Positions 48,643 to 58,183 of a DNA stretch of 64,000 bases are shown piece after piece. The notes under the pieces are model-generated. The model saw only the letters and a program-made list of their open reading frames with translations, searched no databases and was not told where the DNA came from. Position 1 is the stretch's first letter, and every line of letters starts with the position of its first letter. The translations under genes were made by a program, and so were the position numbers. The DNA is from a bacterium (lineage in GTDB: Bacteria > Joyebacterota > Joyebacteria > Joyebacterales > Joyebacteraceae): NCBI GenBank assembly GCA_025774935.1, contig JALGZK010000001.1, forward strand, positions 148,266 through 212,265. The letters run 5' to 3'.

Positions 48643-49610
48643 TTACCCCCGAACACCTGCATCACGAAGGCGAAGAGACCGAGGAGTGTCAGACTCCCAG
48701 ACTCCTCATCGTCGACGATGAGGAGATCATGCGCGAGTTCCTGAAGGAAGTGCTCGGGGACGAGGGCTACGTCATCGATCTCGCGTGCTCCGGCACCGAG
48801 GCTGTGACGAAGATGACCGAGGGCAAGTACGATGTCGTGATCACTGACATCGTGATGCCCGAGCTCGACGGGCTCGGCGTGGTCGCGGCGGCCAAGCAGC
48901 TGCCGTACGAGGTCGCCGTGATCGTGATGACAGGATACGCTTCCATGGAGACCGCGGTCGAGTCGATGAAGCTCGGCGCCTCCGACTACATCACGAAGCC
49001 CTTCAACATCGATCAGATCCGAATCATCGTGTCCAACACGCTCGAGGCGCGCGCGCTCCGGAAGAGGGCGGCCGAGGGCGAGTTCTACAAGGAGCTGTCC
49101 CGGAAGGACGGCCTCACCGAGCTCTACAACCACAGGTTCTTCCACCAGCTCCTGGACACCGAGGTGTCGCGAGCCCAGCGCTACGGCAGGGTCGTGAGCC
49201 TTCTCATGATCGACATCGACGACTTCAAGCGGTACAACGACTCCCACGGGCACCCTGCGGGAGACCTCATCCTGAGGCGGCTGGCGCGGCTCGTGAAGCG
49301 CTCGTCGCGTAACTGCGACTTCGTCGCCAGGTACGGTGGCGAGGAGTTCGCCGTCATCGTCCCGGAGGTCAAGGCGGACGCGGCGCGGCGCATGGCGGAG
49401 CGGGTCAGGGCCCTCATCGACGAATCGGAATTCGAGGGGGAGGAGACCATGCCAGGCGGGCGGCTGACGATCTCGATCGGCGTCGCCACGTTCCCGGTTC
49501 AGGCGGGCAGCAAGAGCGAGCTCCTCGGGAACGCCGACAAGGCACTCTACGAGGCCAAGGCGAAGGGTAAGAACCGCGTCGTCGTCTTCGGCGAGGAGGC
49601 CGTGAACTAG
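48639..49610 (+). CDS. Response regulator diguanylate cyclase (REC-GGDEF)
   Basis: LIVDDE, TDIVMP, YITKPF; DGLTELYN, DIDDFKRYND, RNCD I-site, RYGGEEF. Confidence 0.95.
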   Translation: MITPEHLHHEGEETEECQTPRLLIVDDEEIMREFLKEVLGDEGYVIDLACSGTEAVTKMTEGKYDVVITDIVMPELDGLGVVAAAKQLPYEVAVIVMTGYASMETAVESMKLGASDYITKPFNIDQIRIIVSNTLEARALRKRAAEGEFYKELSRKDGLTELYNHRFFHQLLDTEVSRAQRYGRVVSLLMIDIDDFKRYNDSHGHPAGDLILRRLARLVKRSSRNCDFVARYGGEEFAVIVPEVKADAARRMAERVRALIDESEFEGEETMPGGRLTISIGVATFPVQAGSKSELLGNADKALYEAKAKGKNRVVVFGEEAVN

Positions 49611-49634
49611 GCACCGTCGATCCCGATCTCACGT

Positions 49635-49668
49635 ACCCCCGGCCCGAGACGCTCGGTTCGCCGGGGGT
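49635..49668 (+). terminator. Hairpin after the diguanylate cyclase gene
   Basis: ACCCCCGGC-CCGAG-ACG-CTCGG-TTC-GCCGGGGGT. Confidence 0.5.
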
Positions 49669-49734
49669 CGTCTGTTGGGGGACGCGGTGGAGTCTCGATT
49701 CCCGGTCGGGTGGACGGCGACAGGTTCTGACGGC

Positions 49735-49763
49735 TTGACACCCCTCCGGGCCGTTGCTACGTT
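49735..49763 (+). promoter_or_regulatory. sigma70-type promoter for tadA-tRNA-ffs
   Basis: TTGACA-17 nt-TACGTT with extended TG; closely resembles the 37085 promoter. Confidence 0.7.
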
Positions 49764-49835
49764 CACAACTGCTCTGTCAGGGACCCTTTCGGGAGGGAGA
49801 AGACGGAGAGCCTCCGAGCAGAAGACGAGAAGTGG

Positions 49836-50279
49836 ATGGAGGTCGCCCTCGAGGAGGCGGCCCGGGCCCTCGACGAGGGTGAGGTCCCGGTCGGCGCGGT
49901 CGTCGTGATGGACGGGCGCGTCGTCGGGCGCGGACACAACCAGACGATCTCCCTCTGCGACCCGACCGCACACGCCGAGATCATCGCGATCGGTGCCGCG
50001 TGCCGCTCTCTGGGGGTGCCGCGCTTGACGGAGGGGGGCATCTACGTTACGATGGAGCCCTGTCCGATGTGCGCGGGCGCGATCGTCCAGGCGAGGCTCA
50101 AACGTCTCGTCTACGGCTGCGCCGACCCCAAGGCTGGCTACGCCGGTTCGCTCGGGAACATCGTCGACGACCCGGCGCTCAACCACAAGGCCGCGGTGAC
50201 ATCGGGCGTCTGCGCGGAGAAGTGCGCGGCTCTCGTCTCCGGGTTCTTCGAGGGCGCGCGCGCGCGGAGGACGCGCTAG
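49836..50279 (+). CDS. tadA: tRNA adenosine(34) deaminase (true start may be ACG at 49803)
   Basis: GEVPVGAVVV, DPTAHAE, EPCPMCAGA, DPKAG. Confidence 0.93.
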   Translation: MEVALEEAARALDEGEVPVGAVVVMDGRVVGRGHNQTISLCDPTAHAEIIAIGAACRSLGVPRLTEGGIYVTMEPCPMCAGAIVQARLKRLVYGCADPKAGYAGSLGNIVDDPALNHKAAVTSGVCAEKCAALVSGFFEGARARRTR

Positions 50280-50305
50280 CAGGCGGCACCGGACGACACG
50301 ACCGC

Positions 50306-50396
50306 GGTGGGGTGACGGAGCTGGTCGATCGTGGCGGTCTCGAAAACCGTTGTACCCCTTGGGGTACCGTGGGTTCGAATCCCACCCCCACCGCCA
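50306..50396 (+). tRNA. tRNA-Ser(CGA)
   Basis: GGTGGGG/CCCCACC-G-CCA; anticodon loop CTCGAAA; long variable arm. Confidence 0.93.
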
Positions 50397-50406
50397 GAAC
50401 ACCCGC

Positions 50407-50497
<91 letters not shown>

Positions 50498-50529
50498 GCA
50501 CAAGGAACGCATTCGTCACACCTCAGGAT

Positions 50530-50605
50530 GGGGATGTAGCTCAGTTGGGAGAGCGCTGCCTTCGCAAGGCAGAGGTCGGCGGTTCGAGCCCGCTCATCTC
50601 CACCA
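50530..50605 (+). tRNA. tRNA-Ala(CGC)
   Basis: GGGGATG/CATCTCC-A-CCA with G3:U70; anticodon loop TTCGCAA. Confidence 0.95.
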
Positions 50606-50671
50606 GATTCCCTCGGGGCCCGCTCGCGTCCTGTGAGTCGGGCCCCGGGTGACAGAATCCCCGGAGGGTCT

Positions 50672-50954
50672 TTCGCTCTGGTGCGCTAGACGGGGAACTA
50701 GCGGTGCCCTGTGACCCGCAATCCGCTACAGCGGGGTCGAACATCCACACGAGGCCTTTCACCGTCGACAGCGAGCGCGGACAAGTAGCGTCGAAGGCCA
50801 GGTCCCGCGCAACCGAGTCCGGTGAAGCCGGTCAGGGCCGGGAGGCAGCAGCCGTAAGCCGGTTCCTCGGTGTGCCGCGGGGAAGCTTGGCTGGAGCCAA
50901 CTGGCCGCGTGACCTTCGGTGGTGGGGGTCGACGTGGACGCGTGCCAGAGCGAA
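50672..50954 (+). ncRNA. ffs: Signal recognition particle RNA, large (Alu-domain) type
   Basis: Alu-like GCTAGACGGGGAACTAGCGGTGCCCTGTGACCCGCAATCCGCTACAGCGGGGTCGAA; S-domain GGTCAGGGCCGGGAGGCAGCAGCC; terminal helix TTCGCTCTGGTGCGC/GCGTGCCAGAGCGAA; upstream of dnaX. Confidence 0.9.
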
Positions 50955-50988
50955 GTAACCTCCCGCCCCGAACCGACCGGGAGTTGCC

Positions 50989-52776
50989 GTGTCCTATCTC
51001 GTTCTCGCCAGGAAGTGGCGGCCTGAGTCCTTCGCGGACGTGGTCGGTCAGAAGCACGTCGTCCTCACACTCTCGGCGGCAGTTCGCGCCGAGCGCATCG
51101 CGCACGCCTACCTCTTCGCGGGCCCGCGCGGCGTGGGGAAGACGACGGTCGCCCGTATCCTCGCGAAGGCCCTCAACTGCGACAAGGGTCCGACCGACAA
51201 GCCTTGCGGCAAGTGCTCGTCGTGCGCGGAGATCGCGACGGGCAAGAGCCTTGACGTCATCGAGATCGACGGAGCGTCGAACAGGAAGATCGAGGACGCG
51301 CGCGGAATCAGGGAGACCGTTCAGTACGCCCCGCTCTCGGGGCGGATGAAAGTCTACATCATCGACGAAGCACACATGCTCACGCGAGAGGCGTTCAACG
51401 CACTCCTGAAGACGCTGGAGGAGCCGCCGCCGCACGTCGTCTTCGTCCTCGCCACGACGGAGCCCGGGAAGATCCCCGACACGATCGTCTCTCGATGTCA
51501 GCGGTTCGACTTCCACAGGATCGCCGCGTCCGAGATCGAGACCCGTCTGACGGAGATCTCGAAGGCGGAGGGCTTCAACATCGACGAGGATGCGATCAGG
51601 CTCGTGTCCGCCAGGGCCGACGGGAGCATGCGCGACGCGGAGAGTCTCCTCGACCAGCTGGTCTCGGTGGGGAAGGATGCAATCACGGTCGACGACGTGG
51701 CGAGCGTTCTTGGCATCCCCGACATCGATGTCTTCTTCGCGATCTCGGACGCCATCGCGCGCCACGACTCCGCGGCGACGCTCGGCGCGCTCGAGGTCGC
51801 GCTCGACTCCGGCTTCGACCCGCGGGATCTCATCGACGGAGTCGTCGACCACCTGAGGAACCTGCTCCTCGTTTCGACGGCTCCCTCACCCGAGCGTCTG
51901 GTAGGGAGGATAGCGGACTACCGAGCGCACGAGGGGGAGTCGAAGGCACTGACCGAGGACGAGCTTGTCAGGCTAACGAGAATCGGCGTGGACGCCCAGG
52001 CGGCGGCGAAGTGGACGACGCAGCCCGGACTCATCGTCGAACTTGCGCTCATCCGAATGGCGAAGCTCGCGCGGGCGATCGACCTCGAGGACGTGGTACG
52101 CGCGATCGAGACCGGTCCGCAGGCGGCTCCCGGCGCCGGAGGAGGCGCGGGTGCCAGCGGGAAGGGCGCCGGCGGCGGCCGCGGCGCGGCCAGGAAGTCC
52201 TCGTCAGCCCAGACGGGAGGATCCGCCGAGGGGCCGCGCGGCGGGAGAGAAGCGTCGTCCGGCGTGAAGCAGGGAAGGAGCGCCCCGTCCACGGGCGGAG
52301 CGGAGGCTCGGTCCGGAGCCGGGACGAGCGCGACGGCAACGGCGGCCGGGGCTCCGGCGCCGGTCGCGGACGTCGACGTCGAACTGTGGCCCGACGTCCT
52401 GGAGAGGATTCGGACAGTGAAACCCGCCCTCGCGGCGTTCCTGACCGAAGCCGTGGCGTCGACGCCCTGTGTCGGCGAGGTCTCTCTCCTCGTCCCGAAC
52501 GGCTCCCGGTTTCACAGAGAGCAGCTCCAGGACCGCGGCAACATGAGACTCATGGAGCGCGCCGCGTGCGAGGTGTTCGGAGGGAGCGTCCGGCTCGGAC
52601 TGATCTTCGGAGCTTCTCCCGTTCGCGAGAGCCAGGGCGCCGCAGCTCCGGCGTCACCTTCGATGTCCTCGCAGATTGTGGGGAGCGCACCGGCTCCCGC
52701 AGGCGACGATCCAGTGGTGCGGAAGGTGCTCGAGATCTTCGACGGCGAGATTACCTCGCGCGACAGCAAGGAGTAG
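50989..52776 (+). CDS. dnaX: DNA polymerase III subunit gamma/tau
   Basis: YLVLARKWRP, GPRGVGKTT, EIDGASN, FNALLKTLEEPP, SRCQRF. Confidence 0.97.
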   Translation: MSYLVLARKWRPESFADVVGQKHVVLTLSAAVRAERIAHAYLFAGPRGVGKTTVARILAKALNCDKGPTDKPCGKCSSCAEIATGKSLDVIEIDGASNRKIEDARGIRETVQYAPLSGRMKVYIIDEAHMLTREAFNALLKTLEEPPPHVVFVLATTEPGKIPDTIVSRCQRFDFHRIAASEIETRLTEISKAEGFNIDEDAIRLVSARADGSMRDAESLLDQLVSVGKDAITVDDVASVLGIPDIDVFFAISDAIARHDSAATLGALEVALDSGFDPRDLIDGVVDHLRNLLLVSTAPSPERLVGRIADYRAHEGESKALTEDELVRLTRIGVDAQAAAKWTTQPGLIVELALIRMAKLARAIDLEDVVRAIETGPQAAPGAGGGAGASGKGAGGGRGAARKSSSAQTGGSAEGPRGGREASSGVKQGRSAPSTGGAEARSGAGTSATATAAGAPAPVADVDVELWPDVLERIRTVKPALAAFLTEAVASTPCVGEVSLLVPNGSRFHREQLQDRGNMRLMERAACEVFGGSVRLGLIFGASPVRESQGAAAPASPSMSSQIVGSAPAPAGDDPVVRKVLEIFDGEITSRDSKE

Positions 52777-52783
52777 CTGCCCG

Positions 52784-53098
52784 ATGGCCAAGGGACTCTC
52801 GAAGATGATGAAGGAGGCGCAGAAGCTCGAGAAGCGCCTCACGGAGGTGAGGGAGAGCCTCCTCAGCATGGAGGTGGAGGGGAGCGCGGGCGGCGGAGCC
52901 GTGAAGATCCGGATGAACGGACAGAGGGACGTCGTGGCGGTGTCGATCTCGCAGGACGCGCTCGAGGGCGCGGACAACGAGATGCTTGAGGATCTGCTTC
53001 TCTCCGCGCTGCGCGACGCCAAGCAGAAGTCGGACGAGCTCGCCGCGAGCGAGATGGCCAAGGTCACAGGAATGGTCGCCCCTCCGGGGACGTTCTAG
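52784..53098 (+). CDS. ybaB: YbaB/EbfC nucleoid-associated protein
   Basis: MMKEAQKL, EGSAGGGAVKI, EMLEDLL; between dnaX and recR. Confidence 0.92.
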   Translation: MAKGLSKMMKEAQKLEKRLTEVRESLLSMEVEGSAGGGAVKIRMNGQRDVVAVSISQDALEGADNEMLEDLLLSALRDAKQKSDELAASEMAKVTGMVAPPGTF

Positions 53099-53117
53099 TC
53101 GCGGAAGGCAGTCCCCG

Positions 53118-53717
53118 ATGGCTTCCCTGCCCCCTTCACTCGAACGGCTCATAGGTCTTCTGTCGAGGCTCCCGGGCATCGGACGGAAGTCAGCCACGAG
53201 GATCGCGCTCAGACTGCTCGACTCCTCCGAGGCCGAGAGCCGCGAGCTCGCGCGCTCGATCGTCGAGGCCTGCGAGAAGACCATCCGCTGTTCCACGTGC
53301 GGCGGCCTCACCGAAGAAGATCCGTGCGGCATCTGCACAGACGTTCGACGCGACCGGGGCCTCATCTGCGTCGTGGAGCGTTCGAGCGACATCCTGGCCC
53401 TCGAACGCACCGGGAGATACCGCGGGCGCTACCACGTTCTGGGCGGCCTCCTCTCTCCGCTCGACGGCGTCGGCCCGGAGAACCTCAGGATCGACACGCT
53501 CGTCGAGCGCGCGCGTGCCGGCGAACTGTCGGAGATCATCCTCGCGCTCAACCCCACGGCGGAAGGTGAGGCGACGTCGCTCTACATCGCGAAGCTGGTG
53601 ACCCCCGCGGGAGTGCGAGTGACGCGGCTCGCGAGCGGACTCCCGGTCGGCGGCGATCTCGATCTCGCGGACGAGCTGACCCTCGGAACCGCGCTCGAGG
53701 AACGCCGCGACCTGTGA
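53118..53717 (+). CDS. recR: Recombination mediator RecR
   Basis: LPGIGRKSA, C4 zinc finger, YHVLGG, NPTAEGEAT, RLASGLPVGGDL. Confidence 0.97.
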   Translation: MASLPPSLERLIGLLSRLPGIGRKSATRIALRLLDSSEAESRELARSIVEACEKTIRCSTCGGLTEEDPCGICTDVRRDRGLICVVERSSDILALERTGRYRGRYHVLGGLLSPLDGVGPENLRIDTLVERARAGELSEIILALNPTAEGEATSLYIAKLVTPAGVRVTRLASGLPVGGDLDLADELTLGTALEERRDL

Positions 53718-53846
53718 ACGGGATCGGCTCCCGCGCTGACGCCGAACACACCTCAGTACGACACCCCCGACGATGCGCGACGGCTGATCGCGCGCGGTCG
53801 ACGCCGGGTCGGCGCGCGGTCGGCGCCAAGCACCGGTCCTTTCCAC

Positions 53847-53875
53847 TTGACCCCCCTCATGCAGGATGCTAACTT
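53847..53875 (+). promoter_or_regulatory. sigma70-type promoter for the por operon
   Basis: TTGACC-17 nt-TAACTT with extended TG. Confidence 0.6.
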
Positions 53876-53932
53876 TTCTTTCTGGTTTGATTCGACGGTA
53901 GAGGTACTCCGGGCACTCGAGAAGGGGTCGTA

Positions 53933-54505
53933 ATGTCAGAGCTGATGGAGATCAGGTGGCACGCCCGCGGAGGGCAGGGGGCGAAGACCGCCTCGCTCCT
54001 CCTAGCGGAGGCCGCCGCGATGGACGGGAAGTACAGCCAGGGTTTCCCGGACTACGGTCCGGAGCGGATGGGGGCGCCGATGCGTGGCTTCACGCGCATC
54101 AGCGAGGAGCCGATCCACCTGCACTGCGCGATCTACGCGCCGGAGATCGTCATCGTTCTTGACGACACGCTCCTGTCGGCGGTCGACGTGGCGGCTGGAA
54201 CTCCCGAAGACGGCGTCATCATCGTGAACACCGTGAGGTCGGCGGCCGACGTGCGAAGCGAGATGGGCCTCAAGGGACGGAGCGTCCACACCGTCGACGC
54301 GACGGGCATCGCGATCGACGAGATCGGGCGGCCGATCCCGAACGCCCCCATGCTGGGGGCCCTCATCAGGGTCGCCGAGCTCCTGTCGCTCGACACGGTG
54401 ATTGCGCAGATCGAGAAGAAGTTCTCCCACGGCTTCAGGCCGGAGGTGGTGGAGGGGAACGTGCGCGCGATTCACAGGGCACACGAGGAGGTGAGGGGGG
54501 AATGA
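53933..54505 (+). CDS. porC: Pyruvate/2-oxoacid:ferredoxin oxidoreductase gamma subunit
   Basis: EIRWHARGGQGAKTA, YGPERMGAP, PNAPMLGA. Confidence 0.92.
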   Translation: MSELMEIRWHARGGQGAKTASLLLAEAAAMDGKYSQGFPDYGPERMGAPMRGFTRISEEPIHLHCAIYAPEIVIVLDDTLLSAVDVAAGTPEDGVIIVNTVRSAADVRSEMGLKGRSVHTVDATGIAIDEIGRPIPNAPMLGALIRVAELLSLDTVIAQIEKKFSHGFRPEVVEGNVRAIHRAHEEVRGE

Positions 54506-54801
54506 GCGAGAAGACATGGACCGAGATTCCGATCGGCGGGGCCATTGAGGAAGCAGGAAACGCCGAGACGTACGAGACCGGATCGTGGAGGACCTACCGG
54601 CCGCTCTGGAACGAGGAGACCTGCATCCACTGCCTTCGCTGCTGGGTGGCGTGTCCGGACTCCTCGATCCTGCTCTCGGAAGGCAAGATGACAGGCATCG
54701 ACCTCGAGCACTGCAAGGGGTGCGGCATCTGCGCATTCGAGTGTCCGGTCGATCCGAAAGCGATCGAGATGAAGCTCGAGACGGACGTGGAGAACGGCTG
54801 A
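54502..54801 (+). CDS. porD: Pyruvate/2-oxoacid:ferredoxin oxidoreductase delta subunit (2x4Fe-4S)
   Basis: TGSWRTYRP, CIHCLRCWVACP, CKGCGICAFECP. Confidence 0.93.
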   Translation: MSEKTWTEIPIGGAIEEAGNAETYETGSWRTYRPLWNEETCIHCLRCWVACPDSSILLSEGKMTGIDLEHCKGCGICAFECPVDPKAIEMKLETDVENG

Positions 54802-54864
54802 CCCAGCGAGAGACAGCCGGGATGGGGATTGCTCCCGCGTCCCGAGTCGGAAGGGAGACCGTTA

Positions 54865-56046
54865 GTGAGCAGACGACTGATACTGACGGGGAATGACGCG
54901 GCCGCCGAGGCGATGAGGCAGATCGACCCGGACGTCGTGGCCGCGTTCCCGATTACCCCGCAGACTGAGCTCATGCACAAGTTCGCGGAGCACGTCGCGG
55001 ACGGAGAGGTGAAGGCCGAACTGGTGCTCGTCGAATCCGAGCACAGCGCCATGAGCGCGACGGTGGGGGCGGCGGCGGCCGGGGCGAGGTCGATGACGGC
55101 GACGTCGGCGAACGGCCTTGCGCTCATGTGGGAGATCGTGTACATCGCGGCGTCGTATCGGCTGCCGATCGTGATGCCGGTCGTGAACCGCGCGCTCTCT
55201 GGACCGATCAATATCCACTGCGACCACAGCGACACGATGGGATGCCGCGACACCGGGTGGATCCAGCTCTACTCCGAGAACGCGCAGGAGGTCTACGACA
55301 ACGTCATCCAGGCGATCCGGATCGCGGAGTCGCCAGAGGTGCTCCTCCCGGTGATGGTGACGTTCGACGGCTTCATCATCAGCCACACGGCGGAGGTTCT
55401 GGAGGCGCTCGAGGACGACCCTGTGAGGAACTGGATTGGCGAGTACAAGCCGAAGTATACGCTGCTCGACACCGACAACCCGATGACCTTCGGTCCTCTC
55501 GACCTCCAGGATTACTACTTCGAACACAAGCGCCAGCAGATGGAGGCGATGCGCGCGGCGCCTGCGACCGTGAAGAAGATCGGGAAGCTCTACGGCGAGA
55601 TGTCCGGGCGGCCGTACGACCTCATCGAGGGGTACCAGCTGGAAGACGCGGAGCTCGCGGTGGTCGCGCTCGGCTCGACGTGCGGGACGGCAAAGGTCGT
55701 CATCGACGAGCTTCGCGCAAAGGGGACGAAGGCGGGGCTCCTCAAGATCAGGTGCTTCCGGCCGTTCCCCGAGGCAGAGATCGCCGCGGCGCTCAAGGGC
55801 GCGAAGGCGATCGCCGTACTCGACCGCTCTGTGTCGTTCGGCGCCCCCGGTGGACCCGTTCACAAGGAGATCAAGGCGGCGCTCTTCGGTTCCGGTTCCT
55901 CCGCGGGCCTGGTGAACTACATCTACGGGCTCGGCGGTCGCGACATCTCGATGGAGCACATCCACGAGGCGTTCGCGGACCTCGAGACGGTCGCCGGTGA
56001 GGGAACTCCTGCCGACGCCATTCGGTTCCTTGGACTGAGGGAGTAA
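54865..56046 (+). CDS. porA: Pyruvate/2-oxoacid:ferredoxin oxidoreductase alpha subunit
   Basis: AAFPITPQT, VESEHSAMSA, VNRALSGPINIHCDHSD, YGLGGRD; GTG start. Confidence 0.93.
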   Translation: MSRRLILTGNDAAAEAMRQIDPDVVAAFPITPQTELMHKFAEHVADGEVKAELVLVESEHSAMSATVGAAAAGARSMTATSANGLALMWEIVYIAASYRLPIVMPVVNRALSGPINIHCDHSDTMGCRDTGWIQLYSENAQEVYDNVIQAIRIAESPEVLLPVMVTFDGFIISHTAEVLEALEDDPVRNWIGEYKPKYTLLDTDNPMTFGPLDLQDYYFEHKRQQMEAMRAAPATVKKIGKLYGEMSGRPYDLIEGYQLEDAELAVVALGSTCGTAKVVIDELRAKGTKAGLLKIRCFRPFPEAEIAAALKGAKAIAVLDRSVSFGAPGGPVHKEIKAALFGSGSSAGLVNYIYGLGGRDISMEHIHEAFADLETVAGEGTPADAIRFLGLRE

Positions 56047-56061
56047 GAAAGGAAGAACCCG

Positions 56062-56991
56062 ATGCCTGGCCTGAAACAGCTGGCACAGCGGCCCGAGCTC
56101 ATGGCCGGAGGCCATCGCGCGTGCGCGGGATGTCTGCCTATGACGGCGATGCGTCAGACGCTCCTCACTGCGGGGAAGGACACGGTCTGCGGATGTGCGA
56201 CAGGGTGCGTGGAGGTGGTGACGACGATCTACCCGTACACCGCGTGGAGGACGCCCTTCATTCACAGCGCGTTCGAGAACTCCGCCGCGACGATCTCGGG
56301 AGCCGAGGCGGCCTATCGCTCGCTCCGGAAGCAAGGGAGGGTGGACAAGGAGATCAACTTCATCGCGTTCGGCGGTGACGGCGGAACGTACGACATCGGG
56401 CTCCAGGCGCTCTCGGGAGCGATGGAGCGCGGTCACAACATGCTGTACATCTGCTACGACAACCAGGCCTACATGAACACGGGCATTCAGCGGTCGGGCG
56501 GCACGCCCAAGGGAACGGCGACCTCGACGACACCGGCGGGGAAGGTCGTCCCCGGGAAGAAGCAGTTCCCGAAGCCGCTGACGGAGATCATGATCGCGCA
56601 CAACATCCCGTACGTGGCGCAGTGCACGCCGGGGTTCCCCAAGGACCTCTCCGACAAGGTCGAGAAGGCCCTCACGATCGAGGGCCCGGCGTTCATCAAC
56701 ATGCTCGCGCCCTGCACCCGTGGATGGCGGTATCCGATGGAAGAGTCGATGGAGGTCGCGCGGCTCGCGGTCGACACGTGCCTCTGGCCGATCTTCGAGG
56801 TCGAGCACGGCAAGATCCGCGTGACGCGGAAGCCGAAGGAGAAGGTGCCGATCGCCAAGTGGCTCGAGAACCAGGGACGGTTCCGCCACCTGTTCAAGGA
56901 AGAGAACAGGCACATCATCGACGAGATCCAGGAGGAAATCGACCGCTACTGGGAGCTGCTCCTGAAACGCGAGGAGCTCTCGCAGACGTAG
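56062..56991 (+). CDS. porB: Pyruvate/2-oxoacid:ferredoxin oxidoreductase beta subunit
   Basis: GHRACAGC, ATGCVEV, GGDGGTYDIGLQALSG TPP-binding motif, YDNQAYMNTGIQRS. Confidence 0.93.
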   Translation: MPGLKQLAQRPELMAGGHRACAGCLPMTAMRQTLLTAGKDTVCGCATGCVEVVTTIYPYTAWRTPFIHSAFENSAATISGAEAAYRSLRKQGRVDKEINFIAFGGDGGTYDIGLQALSGAMERGHNMLYICYDNQAYMNTGIQRSGGTPKGTATSTTPAGKVVPGKKQFPKPLTEIMIAHNIPYVAQCTPGFPKDLSDKVEKALTIEGPAFINMLAPCTRGWRYPMEESMEVARLAVDTCLWPIFEVEHGKIRVTRKPKEKVPIAKWLENQGRFRHLFKEENRHIIDEIQEEIDRYWELLLKREELSQT

Positions 56992-57042
56992 GCGCCGAGG
57001 GGGACGCGCCGGGGCTCCGAGCTCCGCGCGGCGTGAGAAACG

Positions 57043-57648
57043 ATGAACTGGCCGAACGGACTGACCGTCGCGCGCCTGGTCCTCGGACCGGTCATCCTCA
57101 TGTGCATCATCTTCGGCGCCGAACGGCTCGCGTTCTACCTCTTCGTCGTCGCGATGATCACTGACCTCTATGACGGCTACCTCGCGCGCCGGTCGGGCAA
57201 CGTCACCGAGTTCGGCAAACTGATGGATCCCCTGGCCGACAAGGTCCTGGTCTCCCTGGTCCTTGTCGGTTTTCTCGTTCTCGGTCTCCCTTACGTCCCG
57301 TTCTGGATGGTCGCGGCCATCGTCGGACGCGAGCTCCTCATTCTCGGGTTCCGGACGGGCGCGCTCAAGAGCCCCGAGGGCTTCGTGACGAGCAGGATCG
57401 CGAAGTGGAAGACGGCAGCGCAGATGGCCTGGCTCGCGTCGGTCCTGCTCTACGTGACGGTCCTCTCGCGGACAGGGGCGTCGCTCAAGGTCCCGGCGTC
57501 GCGGCCGGTGGAGGTCGTTCTGTGGGTCCTCGGCATCGTCGCGGTCGTGCTCACGATCGTGTCGGGCGCCGAGTACCTGCTGGAGATGCGAGGCGTGGCG
57601 CGTCAGCGGGCTGCTGCCGCGCAGGCGAACCCTGAGAAAAGGGGCTAG
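57043..57648 (+). CDS. pgsA: CDP-diacylglycerol--glycerol-3-phosphate 3-phosphatidyltransferase
   Basis: PNGLTVAR, TDLYDGYLAR...FGKLMDPLADK, KWKTAAQM. Confidence 0.92.
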   Translation: MNWPNGLTVARLVLGPVILMCIIFGAERLAFYLFVVAMITDLYDGYLARRSGNVTEFGKLMDPLADKVLVSLVLVGFLVLGLPYVPFWMVAAIVGRELLILGFRTGALKSPEGFVTSRIAKWKTAAQMAWLASVLLYVTVLSRTGASLKVPASRPVEVVLWVLGIVAVVLTIVSGAEYLLEMRGVARQRAAAAQANPEKRG

Positions 57649-57653
57649 CGACG

Positions 57654-58151
57654 ATGGGCAACGGCGCACCACAGCGTCTCTCTCCGATCGTACGCTTCAT
57701 CGCGACCGGCGCGTTCCTGGGTTACGCTCCCGTTGCGCCGGGGACGGTCGGCGCGGCGGGATGCGCCGTCGTCCTCTGGTTCCTGGCTCCCGCGATCGGA
57801 CCGGGCACCGCCCCGCTCGTGGTCTTCGTGCACGTCCTCTCGGTCCTGGCCCTCGTCGCCGTCTCCGTGTGGGCGTCCGGCGAGGCGGAACGGACGTTTG
57901 GGAAGGACGCCTCGCGAATCGTCATCGACGAGTGGGCGGGGTTCGTCATCGCCATCTTCTTCCTCCCCAAGACCCTGCTGGTCTACGCGGTAGCTTTTGT
58001 CGTCTTCCGGGCGATCGACATCCTGAAGCCGTACCCCGCACGGCGTGCCGAGTCGCTCCCGGGAGGATGGGGCATCGTGATGGACGACGTCATCGCCGGC
58101 ATCTACACCAACCTCCTCGTGAGACTCATGCTCCTGGTGCAGGGCGGATAG
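57654..58151 (+). CDS. pgpA: Phosphatidylglycerophosphatase A
   Basis: APGTVG, IVIDEWAG, FRAIDILKPYP, GGWGIVMDDVIAG. Confidence 0.93.
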   Translation: MGNGAPQRLSPIVRFIATGAFLGYAPVAPGTVGAAGCAVVLWFLAPAIGPGTAPLVVFVHVLSVLALVAVSVWASGEAERTFGKDASRIVIDEWAGFVIAIFFLPKTLLVYAVAFVVFRAIDILKPYPARRAESLPGGWGIVMDDVIAGIYTNLLVRLMLLVQGG

Positions 58152-58183
58152 CACACCGACCGACGCCCCGCGGAGAAACCCCC

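Noticed and set aside
37470-49700. Integrative element or prophage at tRNA-Arg
   Set aside because: No integrase, transposase or phage genes, and no duplicated tRNA 3' end seen
50989-52776. Programmed frameshift in dnaX
   Set aside because: No A-AAA-AAG or poly-A slippery run seen in the G/A/S-rich linker
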